Of a stretch of 64,000 nucleotides of DNA, positions 19,332 through 28,527 are shown in pieces (within the stretch, counting starts at the first letter, position 1; the number at the start of each line of letters is the position of its first letter). The notes under the pieces were generated by a model. The model ran no database searches. It had not been told where the DNA came from and worked only from the letters and a program-made list of their open reading frames with translations. Origin of the DNA: Oscillospiraceae bacterium (GTDB taxonomy: Bacteria; Bacillota; Clostridia; Oscillospirales; Ruminococcaceae); NCBI GenBank assembly GCA_045606725.1, contig JAZUSM010000119.1, positions 41,491 through 105,490 on the forward strand. The letters run 5' to 3'. Made by a program: the position numbers and the translations under genes.

Positions 19332-20510
19332 ATGAGGTTATTCTATTTTTTTCTTCTGATTTTTTCGGTAATCTTCCATGTGCTTTACAAGGGTGACCTT
19401 TCTTTTATCCTGCTTGGATTTGTTATTATATTTCCTGTTTTCATGCTTGTGATACTTATTATCACTTCAAGGGCGGTAAAGGTCACGTCGCACTTTGAAC
19501 AGCTTTCGACGTCAAGAGGAAACTCTGCGGTGCTGAAAATAACAGTAAAAAACCGCTCTGTATTCCCTGTTGTAAGCTGTTGTGCGGAAATAAGATACAC
19601 TCCGTCTGTGCCGTTTGAAGCGCCTGCGGTAAAGAAATTCAGGCTCAGTGCTTCGGTTGGTGCACGCTCCGAGGAATGCTTCGCCCTCAACATAAAGCCT
19701 GAACACTGCGGAAGCACTGACATTTTTGCAGCAAAAATAAAAATCCGTGACATAATGGGACTTTTTTCAATTCCGATAAGAACAAACCTCAGTGGAAAAA
19801 TCATTTCCCTGCCTGTAATTTATCCGATACAAGCGGCAATTGAAAGCAATCCAGCTTCATCTTCGGAAAGCAGTACATTTTCTTCTGTAAAACCGGGCGA
19901 CGACCCATCGGAAATATTTGCGCTGCGTGAATACCGTGAGGGTGACAGCAGTACACGAATTCACTGGAAACTCAGTAGCAGAGGCGAAAACTTTATTGTA
20001 AAGGAATTTTCTCTTCCTGTCGGATGCAGGATACTGATAGTTACTGATTTCTGCGGTTGTAAGAATGCGTCCGCGGCTGACAGAATACTTGATGCTGCCT
20101 TTTCAGTTTCAGAATTTCTCACTGGATATGGCACTGCCCATTCGATAGCATACGCCTGCGCTGACGGCACAATACATTCTCAGGAAATCACTGACGAGAA
20201 TAATTTCAGCTCTGCCTCTGCGGAAATATGCGGCGTACTGAAAGATGCCGCATTTGAGATTACTTTTGCTGAAGCTGTTTCAGCAGATGGTTCGTACCAT
20301 GTGAGAAATAATTTTTCAAGAGTTATTGTTTTTTCCGACAGCACTGATATTGCCCGTGCGGAAGAGTTTGAAGCAGTCTGCGGAGAAGCACGGCTGACAA
20401 TAATCTGCACCGGTTCACCCTGCGCATCCGATGATGTTGAAAAATACCGTGCTGAAATTATTTATGCTGATGCTGAAACTCTCAGCAGCCGTGAACTGCT
20501 GATTATTTAA
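19332..20510 (+). CDS. DUF58 domain protein, copy 2 (YeaD-like)
   Basis: 392 aa with two N-terminal TM helices and the motif REYREGDSSTRIHWKLSSRGENFIVKEF. Confidence 0.8.
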   Translation: MRLFYFFLLIFSVIFHVLYKGDLSFILLGFVIIFPVFMLVILIITSRAVKVTSHFEQLSTSRGNSAVLKITVKNRSVFPVVSCCAEIRYTPSVPFEAPAVKKFRLSASVGARSEECFALNIKPEHCGSTDIFAAKIKIRDIMGLFSIPIRTNLSGKIISLPVIYPIQAAIESNPASSSESSTFSSVKPGDDPSEIFALREYREGDSSTRIHWKLSSRGENFIVKEFSLPVGCRILIVTDFCGCKNASAADRILDAAFSVSEFLTGYGTAHSIAYACADGTIHSQEITDENNFSSASAEICGVLKDAAFEITFAEAVSADGSYHVRNNFSRVIVFSDSTDIARAEEFEAVCGEARLTIICTGSPCASDDVEKYRAEIIYADAETLSSRELLII

Positions 20511-20528
20511 GAAAGGAGGTACGGCAAT

Positions 20529-23108
20529 ATGACTGAACTTACAGCTTCCGTAACTGTTACTGCCGCAGTAAAAAAAGCAGGAACAAAACCTACTCTGCAA
20601 ATGCAGGCGATACGCTTCATTATTGCCGTACTTGGCTGCTGCGGCTCTGCGTTTACGTTTCTTACCTGCTTTGATACAGGCGTGAACGGGTTTGCTGTTT
20701 TCTCGTTAATTGCGGGAATATGTCTTGTGGCAACCGCTTACAGACTCAGAAAAGTAATTGCCTGCTCAGCTCTTGCTTTATCAGCTGTAGGCTGTATTGC
20801 TGCTGCGGTAGCTTTGAGGGATTCATTCTCGTCTGGACTTGCGGGATTTATCAACACCTACTCCTCGCTTGCCTGGGAAAAATACCGCAAAAATCCGATT
20901 TTCACAATCACCGAACCTGAGCTTGCCGAGAAACACACAGCAGCTTTTATAATTCTTTCTGTACTCATAATATACACACTTGCCTGCTATCTTTTTATAC
21001 GCTGTGACGCAGGACTTTACTCGCTTTCGCTTCTGATTGCCCCGACAATTCCCGTTTTTGCAATCGGACTTGAGCCGCATCCATTGGCATTTACTGCACT
21101 TGTTTCGTCGGCAGCGGGTTTGATTGTTCTTGAATTTACTGCATCAAACACAGTTCACAGCCAGCAATTTGCCAAATATGGACTGCAATGTGCGGCAGCG
21201 GCTTCCGCTGTTTCGGCGCTATGCGTCGGGATTGTTTTCGGATTTGCGAAAATTACGGATTATGAGCGTCCTCAGGCACTCAATGACGTTTTTGACAAGG
21301 CTGACACCTACATCAACAGCGGCGAACTTAAGAACAACATCAGGGAAACATTTTCTCAGCTTACGGGAGATTTCTATGTATACGGAGCTATAAATCACGG
21401 AAAGCTTGACGAATTCGGAAAAATCAGGTTTGAATTCACAGATGTCCTTCAGGTTACAATGCCCCGTTCTGCTGATACGGTTTATCTGCGAGGCTTTGTA
21501 GGTTCTGTATACACGGGAAGAAGCTGGGAAGAGCTTCCCGCGGGAAAGCTCCGTGAGCTTGAAGAAATCACGGGTAATTTCTCAACAGATGGCTTATCTC
21601 CGCTTCTGCTGGACAGCTATAATCTGAAAAACGCACCTGCAATACTTCCTAACTACAGCTTCAAGGTGAAAAATATTGCGGCAAATCCTGATTATCTCTA
21701 TATGCCATACAATCTTGTACCCGAAAGCGTATCACGTTACACAATTGTTGACAACAGCTACTTCAAAGGAACTTCCACAACATATTTCGGACAGGTTTAC
21801 GACCCTGACAGTTATCACGGTTATCAGAATCTTTTCAGGAAACGCTGGTCTATTCCGTCATCGCTTATTGAAGATGAAGCGGCTTACAGAAACTTTGTAT
21901 ATGAAAATTATCTTGAACTGCCCGACACATTTTCTCCCTCGGAAATTTTTACTCAGAATTACTATGAATACATTACCGCAGAGGAAATTCAGACGGGAAA
22001 GAGCACACTTGATGAAATGACGGTATTCAGCAGAAAGCTTTACTACATCAAGGACTGGCTTCGTGACAACTGCACCTACAGCCTTACTACTGAACCGCTT
22101 CCAAAGGGAAAGGATTTCGTTAATCATTTTCTTGAATACAAGGAGGGCAGCTGCTCGCATTTTGCCACAACAGCTGTGCTTATGTGCAGATATTCTGGTA
22201 TTCCTGCAAGATATGTGGAGGGATATGTTATTACCCCTCATGACATTGATAAGAGTATTCCTGTCGGGGCAACTGTTACCGTTGATGTTGAGGACACTCA
22301 CGGACACGCGTGGGTTGAGGTCTACATTGATGGCTATGGCTGGTATCCGATGGAATTCACCTCGGGCTACGGCAATGTGAGAACAGCTTTTCCTACTGAA
22401 ACAACTGTTACTGAAACTGAACCTGCTACAGAAAGCTTTACAGAAGAAACCACTGAAACAACTGTTGATGCTGAAAGTGAAGAAACAGAGCAGGCTGCTC
22501 CTCAACCGCAGGAAAATACCACTGAAACCACTGTTGCACAAAACAGTGAAAATATCACACCTGCTGTTACGACAATTCCTTCCGAAGGAACTGAGAAATC
22601 TCTGTCAGAAAGCGATGACAAGAGTAAATCCAGGTCGATAGGTTTCGGTATTTTCGGAATAGAAGGGGAAAAGCAGGTTGATGTTGTTTACGACCTGACA
22701 TGGTTGCTGGTGCTTGTTTTATTGGTTGCAGCAATTCCTGCAGCTGTTATTTTACGCAGGATAATCATAATTTCAAGACGCAGGTCGGCATTATCGCCTG
22801 CTGCAAGGGCAAATGCCGAATACCGCCGTTTCTGCAGTCTTATCAGGATTATGAAGCTGCCTGAGCAAGGCGGTATGACTTACTCCGAATACGGAAATGC
22901 ACTTGCTGAACGCTCTCCGCTTCTTGATGAAGGCAATGCTTCACAGGTAATTGGTCTGGCACTTAAAGCCTCTTTCGGCGGCGACAGCATTACACATAAT
23001 GAAGTGCATGAAATGCAGGCTATAGTTACAACTCTTGCCAAAAGATATTATGCTTCTCTTTCGGCATGGGGCAAGTTCAAGATGAAATTTGTTCAATGCA
23101 TTATATAA
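20529..23108 (+). CDS. Transglutaminase-like membrane protein (YebA-like)
   Basis: 859 aa with an N-terminal polytopic region and a transglutaminase core (GSCSHFATTAVLMCRYSGIPARYVEGY, HGHAWVEVY). A Thr/Glu-rich linker (TETTVTETEPATESFTEETTETTV), a late TM and a C-terminal cytoplasmic domain follow. SD AAGGAGG. Confidence 0.85.
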   Translation: MTELTASVTVTAAVKKAGTKPTLQMQAIRFIIAVLGCCGSAFTFLTCFDTGVNGFAVFSLIAGICLVATAYRLRKVIACSALALSAVGCIAAAVALRDSFSSGLAGFINTYSSLAWEKYRKNPIFTITEPELAEKHTAAFIILSVLIIYTLACYLFIRCDAGLYSLSLLIAPTIPVFAIGLEPHPLAFTALVSSAAGLIVLEFTASNTVHSQQFAKYGLQCAAAASAVSALCVGIVFGFAKITDYERPQALNDVFDKADTYINSGELKNNIRETFSQLTGDFYVYGAINHGKLDEFGKIRFEFTDVLQVTMPRSADTVYLRGFVGSVYTGRSWEELPAGKLRELEEITGNFSTDGLSPLLLDSYNLKNAPAILPNYSFKVKNIAANPDYLYMPYNLVPESVSRYTIVDNSYFKGTSTTYFGQVYDPDSYHGYQNLFRKRWSIPSSLIEDEAAYRNFVYENYLELPDTFSPSEIFTQNYYEYITAEEIQTGKSTLDEMTVFSRKLYYIKDWLRDNCTYSLTTEPLPKGKDFVNHFLEYKEGSCSHFATTAVLMCRYSGIPARYVEGYVITPHDIDKSIPVGATVTVDVEDTHGHAWVEVYIDGYGWYPMEFTSGYGNVRTAFPTETTVTETEPATESFTEETTETTVDAESEETEQAAPQPQENTTETTVAQNSENITPAVTTIPSEGTEKSLSESDDKSKSRSIGFGIFGIEGEKQVDVVYDLTWLLVLVLLVAAIPAAVILRRIIIISRRRSALSPAARANAEYRRFCSLIRIMKLPEQGGMTYSEYGNALAERSPLLDEGNASQVIGLALKASFGGDSITHNEVHEMQAIVTTLAKRYYASLSAWGKFKMKFVQCII

Positions 23109-23126
23109 AATATTAATTATTTGTTG

Positions 23127-23155
23127 TTGAATATGCCGTATAAATATGATAAAAT
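23127..23155 (+). promoter_or_regulatory. Candidate promoter of the GH5 gene
   Basis: TTGAAT, 17-nt spacer, TAAAAT, 35 nt upstream of ATG 23190. Confidence 0.35.
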
Positions 23156-23189
23156 TATATGTATATTTATCTAACGGAGGTTATTTAAT

Positions 23190-24350
23190 ATGAATATAAA
23201 AAATCTGAAAAAGCTTAGTGCGGCATTTACTGCTGCAGTTATGCTGACTTCACTTGCCGGCTGTAACAAGGACGATACTCAACAGGAAGTTCCTGCTGAA
23301 ACTACGGTTACAGAAGCTGTTGTTGTACATGATGAGATACGGGATATTCCGTCCGTTGAACTTGTAAAGGAAATAAAAATCGGTTGGAGTCTTGGAAACA
23401 CTCTTGACTCAACTGCAACGGGAATTAATGCAGAAACTGCCTGGGGCAACGTGAAAACCACAAAGGAAATGATTACTGCTGTCAAGGACGCAGGCTTCAA
23501 CGCTATTCGTGTTCCTGTAACCTGGGGCACTCATATGGACGCTGAAAACAACGTTGATGAGGAATGGATGAACCGTGTTCAGGAAGTCGTTGACTACGCT
23601 TATTCTCAGGATATGTTTGTAATTCTCAACATTCATCATGAGGACTGGCACGACCCTTACTACGATACAGCTGACGCTTCAATTGCAAAGCTTAAGGCAC
23701 TCTGGACTCAGATAGGAACACGTTTTGCCGAATATGATGAGCGCCTTATTTTTGAGGGACTCAACGAACCGAGAATGAGAAACACAGGCTTTGAATGGAA
23801 CGGCGGAAACGAAGAGGGACATGACGTTGTAAATCAGTTAAACGCGGCTTTTGTTGAAACAATCCGAAGTCTTGGCGGAAACAATGAAAAACGTCATCTT
23901 ATGCTTCCCACATATGCCGCAAGCTCAACCGCTTCCGCAATTAATGATTATGTTCTCCCTGAGGGAGATAACAAGCTTATCGTTTCAATCCATGCTTATC
24001 TCCCTTATGCATTTGCCCTCGGCGGAAACCTTGACCAGCGTGAATTTACTCCTGAGGGAAACGGCAAAGAAATTGACAACCTTATGAACTCGCTCAAAAC
24101 TTCATTCATCGACAAGGGAATACCTGTTATAATCGGTGAAACAGGTGCAAGAAGCAAGGCTAACGAGGATATCCGTGCTGAATGGGCAACCTACTACATC
24201 AGCAAGGCAAAGGAAATCGGTATTCCATGCTTCATCTGGGATAACGGTGCTTTCAACGGCACAGGCGAAAACTTCGGCTTACTTAACCGTCTGACCTGCA
24301 CATGGAAATATCCTGCAATTATCGAAGGCTTCATGAAGGGTCTTGAATAA
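23190..24350 (+). CDS. GH5 endo-beta-1,4-glucanase (cellulase family A), lipoprotein
   Basis: 386 aa with lipobox LTSLAGC. GH5 motifs: GWSLGNTLD, acid/base in FEGLNEPR, nucleophile in IIGETGA. Confidence 0.85.
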   Translation: MNIKNLKKLSAAFTAAVMLTSLAGCNKDDTQQEVPAETTVTEAVVVHDEIRDIPSVELVKEIKIGWSLGNTLDSTATGINAETAWGNVKTTKEMITAVKDAGFNAIRVPVTWGTHMDAENNVDEEWMNRVQEVVDYAYSQDMFVILNIHHEDWHDPYYDTADASIAKLKALWTQIGTRFAEYDERLIFEGLNEPRMRNTGFEWNGGNEEGHDVVNQLNAAFVETIRSLGGNNEKRHLMLPTYAASSTASAINDYVLPEGDNKLIVSIHAYLPYAFALGGNLDQREFTPEGNGKEIDNLMNSLKTSFIDKGIPVIIGETGARSKANEDIRAEWATYYISKAKEIGIPCFIWDNGAFNGTGENFGLLNRLTCTWKYPAIIEGFMKGLE

Positions 24351-24368
24351 TTGGATTAACAAAAAGAA

Positions 24369-24397
24369 ATCCGCTTCCAAATAAACTGGAAGCGGAT
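24369..24397. terminator. Bidirectional terminator between the convergent GH5 and dehydrogenase genes
   Basis: ATCCGCTTCCA-aataaac-TGGAAGCGGAT, followed by ATTTTTAT on the + strand and TTCTTTTT on the - strand. Confidence 0.8.
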
Positions 24398-24417
24398 ATT
24401 TTTATGCATATTTGATT

Positions 24418-25620
24418 TTAGTCAACAAGCACAGGGTCGAAGTTTTCCTTCCATGGAAGTCCCCACTTGTTGAGTGCATCCATAAATGGATCTGGGTCAA
24501 ATTCCTCGATGTTGTAAACACCCGGCTTCTTCCACTTGCCTGTCATAACCATCATTGCGCCGATCATTGCAGGTACGCCTGTTGTGTAGGAAATAGCCTG
24601 TGAGCCCACTTCCTTGTAACATTCCTGGTGGTCGCACACGTTGTATACGTAGTACTTCACAGGCTTGCCGTCCTTGAAGCCCTGCATAATACAGCCAATG
24701 TTTGTCTTACCCACTGTTCTTGGACCGAGAGAAGCTGGGTCAGGAAGTACAGCTTTCAGGAACTGGAGCGGAACAATCTGCATGCCCTCGTATTCGATTG
24801 GCTCGATTGAAGTCATACCAACGTTTTCAAGACACTTCAGATGTGTAAGATAGCTCTGGCCAAATGTCATAAAGAAACGGATACGCTTGATGCCATTGAT
24901 GTTCAGTGCGAGGGACTCAAGCTCCTCGTGGTGAAGCAGGTACATATCCTTTTCGCCGACCTCGTCAAAGTTGTATACACGCTTGATTTCCATTGGCTCT
25001 GTTTCAACCCACTCGCCGTTTTCGATGTAGCTTCCCTTTGCGGAAACCTCACGGATATTGATTTCGGGGTTGAAGTTTGTAGCAAAGGGGTAACCGTGGT
25101 CACCACCGTTGCAGTCGAGGATATCTATGTAGTTGATTTCGTCAAAGTAGTGCTTCTGTGCATAAGCGCAGAACACGCCTGTTACACCCGGGTCAAAACC
25201 GCTTCCGAGAAGTGCTGTGATACCAGCCTTTTCAAACTTTTCACGGTAAGCCCACTGCCACTTGTACTCAAACTTTGCAGTATCAAGAGGCTCATAGTTT
25301 GCTGTATCAACATAGTCAACCTTACATTCAAGGCAAGCGTCCATAATGGTTAAATCCTGATATGGGAGCGCAACATTGATACAGATATCAGGCTTGAATT
25401 CCTTCATCAGCGCAACAAGCTCGCTTACATTGTCGGCATCAACCTTAGCGGTTGAAATTTTCGTTTTTGTAGTACCCTCCAGCTTTTCCTTGAGCGCATC
25501 GCACTTGGATTTTGTACGGGAGGCAATCATGATTTCCTCAAACACTTCGGAATTCTGGCAGCACTTGTGAATTACAACGGAAGCAACTCCGCCGCAGCCG
25601 ATAATTAAAGCTTTACCCAA
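24418..25620 (-). CDS. Saccharopine dehydrogenase family protein, carboxynorspermidine/carboxyspermidine dehydrogenase-like
   Basis: The track start 25704 adds 28 non-conserved residues. The in-frame TTG at 25620 gives (M)GKALIIGCGGVASVV, a Rossmann N-terminus typical of this family, with GAAAGGA 11 nt upstream. Confidence 0.7.
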   Translation of the reverse strand: MGKALIIGCGGVASVVIHKCCQNSEVFEEIMIASRTKSKCDALKEKLEGTTKTKISTAKVDADNVSELVALMKEFKPDICINVALPYQDLTIMDACLECKVDYVDTANYEPLDTAKFEYKWQWAYREKFEKAGITALLGSGFDPGVTGVFCAYAQKHYFDEINYIDILDCNGGDHGYPFATNFNPEINIREVSAKGSYIENGEWVETEPMEIKRVYNFDEVGEKDMYLLHHEELESLALNINGIKRIRFFMTFGQSYLTHLKCLENVGMTSIEPIEYEGMQIVPLQFLKAVLPDPASLGPRTVGKTNIGCIMQGFKDGKPVKYYVYNVCDHQECYKEVGSQAISYTTGVPAMIGAMMVMTGKWKKPGVYNIEEFDPDPFMDALNKWGLPWKENFDPVLVD

Positions 25621-25741
25621 TTTGACAACAGTCCTTTCAATTGTAAAATCTGGCCCATAAAAAAGCCATTGAGTAATTATAACATATTGCAGATAGAATT
25701 GCAATAATTTTTTACAATAATTTGTTACTGTGTCAAAGCGA

Positions 25742-28396
25742 TTATTTCAGCACGCATTGCAGAAGCGGTGCGGAAATCGCAAACCCTAATGCAATGAGTA
25801 ACTGTTCAGTGGTAAGGGGGACCGTTGCAAAAATAACCTGCATATACGGCAGGTAGATTGCTGCAAAAATTACTGCTGCTGAAAACAGGACTGCTCCGAT
25901 AAGCTTTTTATTGTTAAGATACGGCACGGTGAAGATATTCTTTTTTTCGCTTTTGCATTCAAAGACATGGAAAAGCTGTGACATTACAAGGGTAAGCAAT
26001 GCTGCTGTTCTTGCGGCGGCAACATTTGCAAAAATGTAATTCACTGCCGCAAAGCTTCCAAGTGTACACAACCCGATAAGCACGCCTCTGAAAATAATCT
26101 TCTGCATGAGTCCGCCTGAAAAGAAGCTTTCACTGCTTTTTCGCGGCGGCATTTTCATATTCTCACGGTCAGGAGGCTCGACGCCCAGTGCAATTGCAGG
26201 CAGACCGTCTGTAACAAGGTTGACAAGCAAAATCTGCGTAGGAAGAAGTACCATAGGCATTCCGCAGATTATTCCCAGAAACATTGTCAGCACCTCTCCG
26301 ATGTTACAGCTTAACAGGTAACGGACGAACTTTCTTATGTTGGAATAAATTCCGCGTCCCTGCTCAACTGCGCTGACAAGGGTTGCAAAATTATCGTCAA
26401 GCAAAACAACATCTGCCGCCTGCTTGGTAACGTCTGTTCCTGTGATACCCATTGCAACACCGATACTTGCTTCCTTTACGGCAGGTGCGTCGTTTACGCC
26501 GTCCCCCGTCATTGTAACAATTTCTCCCTTACGCTTGAACGCACGGACAATTCTCAGCTTATCGGCAGGTGTTACACGGGCAAAAACAGCTGTTTTTCCG
26601 ATAACCTCATCGAGTGCGCTGTCTGACATTGCCGCAAGCTCCTCTCCGTTAAAAATCAAGTCACCCTCACGCATTATTCCTGCCTGCTTTGCAACAGCGG
26701 CGGCAGTATTTTTATGGTCGCCAGTAATCATTACTGTACGGATATGAGCACTTCGGCAAAGTCTTACCGCCTGTCTTGCTTCAGCACGTGGTGGGTCAAG
26801 CATACCCTGCAGGCCAAGAAAAATCATTCCTGTTTCAGTATCGGAGCCGCTTGCAAGATTTTTCCTGCACAAGGCAAGCACACGTAGCGCATCGGAAGTC
26901 ATTCTGTCATTTGCTTCAAGAATTGCGCGCCTCTTTGCCGCTGTAAGAGGTATTGTATCGCCGTCCTCAAGGACAAAGGCACATTTTTTCAGTATTACAT
27001 CAACGGAGCCTTTTGTATAAGCTGTCCTGCCGCCGTTTTCACGGATTATAACCGTCATACAGCGTGTATCGCTGTCAAAAGGTATTTCGTCAAGCTTTTC
27101 TCTGCCGTGAGAAAGCTTTTCTGCAGTAATTCCGCACTTCGCCGCCGCAACAAGAAGCGCCGCTTCGGTGGGGTCACCTGTAACCGTCCATTCACCGCCT
27201 GCAGAAAGCTTTCCACGCTCACGGGTCGAAATGTCGTTTTTGGCGGTAATTGAAGCACTTGTACAAAGCGTACCGCAGATAAGTGCTTCACGCAAAGCCA
27301 TTTCAGAAACAGGATTTACCCTTTCTCCGCCGCAGGTTACCTCGCCTGCAATTCTGTATCCGCTGCCCGAAAAATCATATTCCTTTCCTCCGCAGTACGC
27401 CTTTGTAACCGTCATTTTGTTTTCGGTAACCGTACCTGTTTTGTCGGTACAGATTACCGATGCACAGCCAAGAGTTTCAACGGAATGGAGTTTGTGCACA
27501 AGGGCATTCTTTTTCAGCATTCGTCCCACTGCTAACGCAAGAGCGATTGTTACCGTTGCAGGAAGTCCTTCGGGAATTGCCGCAATTGCAATGGTTATTC
27601 CTGTCATGAGCATATCGAAAACAGGCTCGCCTCTGAGTATTCCTGCAAGTGCCACAACAATGCAGACCACAAGGCAGATTACCGCAATTATTTTTCCAAG
27701 TTCAGCAAGACGCTTCTGCAAAGGTGTAAGCTCGTCATCTATTTCTGTAAGCATATCAGATATTTTTCCTACCTGGGCTTCCTTTCCTGTTGCGATAACA
27801 CGTGCTTCCGCACTTCCTTTCGTAACAACCGTGCCACTATAAAGCACACCCTTTTTGCCAAGAGAATTATCCTCATCGGTAATATTCTGAACTTCCTTTT
27901 CTACTGCTGCTGACTCGCCTGTGAGAATACTTTCTTCGGCAAGCAGACCCTTGGCTTCGGTAATGGTACAATCCGCAGGCACTCTGTCGCCTGCTTCAAG
28001 ACGGATTACATCTCCCCTGACAAGCTTTGCCGCAGGAATTGTCTGCAAAGCACCATCACGGAAGCATTTTGCTAAGGGTGCAGTCATATTCTTCAAGGCA
28101 ATAAGAGTTCTTTCGGTACGGTATTCCTGCACAAAACCAAGAATTGCATTCAGCAGGACAATTATTACTATTGTAACTGCGTCGTAGATTTCACCGAGAA
28201 AGAATGACACAACGGTTGCTGCAAGCAAAATCATAATCATCACGTCACGGAACTGCCCAAGAAAAATTTTAAGCGGCTTTGCCTTTTTTTCATCCGCAAG
28301 CACATTTTCTCCGTATTTTGCAAGTCTTTCTTCCGCCTCGGCACTGGACAGACCCTTTTCAGGCGAAATATACGGCTTATCAAGAATTTCAAGCAT
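25742..28396 (-). CDS. P-type Ca2+-transporting ATPase (P2 type)
   Basis: 884 aa with motifs LTGES, ICTDKTGTVTENKM, MITGDH and TGDGVNDAPAVKEA, plus 10-TM organisation. SD AAGGAGG. Confidence 0.88.
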   Translation of the reverse strand: MLEILDKPYISPEKGLSSAEAEERLAKYGENVLADEKKAKPLKIFLGQFRDVMIMILLAATVVSFFLGEIYDAVTIVIIVLLNAILGFVQEYRTERTLIALKNMTAPLAKCFRDGALQTIPAAKLVRGDVIRLEAGDRVPADCTITEAKGLLAEESILTGESAAVEKEVQNITDEDNSLGKKGVLYSGTVVTKGSAEARVIATGKEAQVGKISDMLTEIDDELTPLQKRLAELGKIIAVICLVVCIVVALAGILRGEPVFDMLMTGITIAIAAIPEGLPATVTIALALAVGRMLKKNALVHKLHSVETLGCASVICTDKTGTVTENKMTVTKAYCGGKEYDFSGSGYRIAGEVTCGGERVNPVSEMALREALICGTLCTSASITAKNDISTRERGKLSAGGEWTVTGDPTEAALLVAAAKCGITAEKLSHGREKLDEIPFDSDTRCMTVIIRENGGRTAYTKGSVDVILKKCAFVLEDGDTIPLTAAKRRAILEANDRMTSDALRVLALCRKNLASGSDTETGMIFLGLQGMLDPPRAEARQAVRLCRSAHIRTVMITGDHKNTAAAVAKQAGIMREGDLIFNGEELAAMSDSALDEVIGKTAVFARVTPADKLRIVRAFKRKGEIVTMTGDGVNDAPAVKEASIGVAMGITGTDVTKQAADVVLLDDNFATLVSAVEQGRGIYSNIRKFVRYLLSCNIGEVLTMFLGIICGMPMVLLPTQILLVNLVTDGLPAIALGVEPPDRENMKMPPRKSSESFFSGGLMQKIIFRGVLIGLCTLGSFAAVNYIFANVAAARTAALLTLVMSQLFHVFECKSEKKNIFTVPYLNNKKLIGAVLFSAAVIFAAIYLPYMQVIFATVPLTTEQLLIALGFAISAPLLQCVLK

Positions 28397-28465
28397 AGTA
28401 TGCCTCCTTGTCCTTTTTTATTAAAATAATATTCGGACAAGGAAGAAAATATTACCATATGTTCA

Positions 28466-28505
28466 GATATAAAAACAGTCCTTGATTTTGTATCAAGGAC
28501 TGTTT
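28466..28505 (-). terminator. Rho-independent terminator after the giant flagellin gene
   Basis: Reverse strand: AAACAGTCCTTGA-tacaaaa-TCAAGGACTGTTT followed by TTTTATATC, 23 nt after the stop at 28528. Confidence 0.85.
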
Positions 28506-28527
28506 GAATTGATATGCTATAATTATA

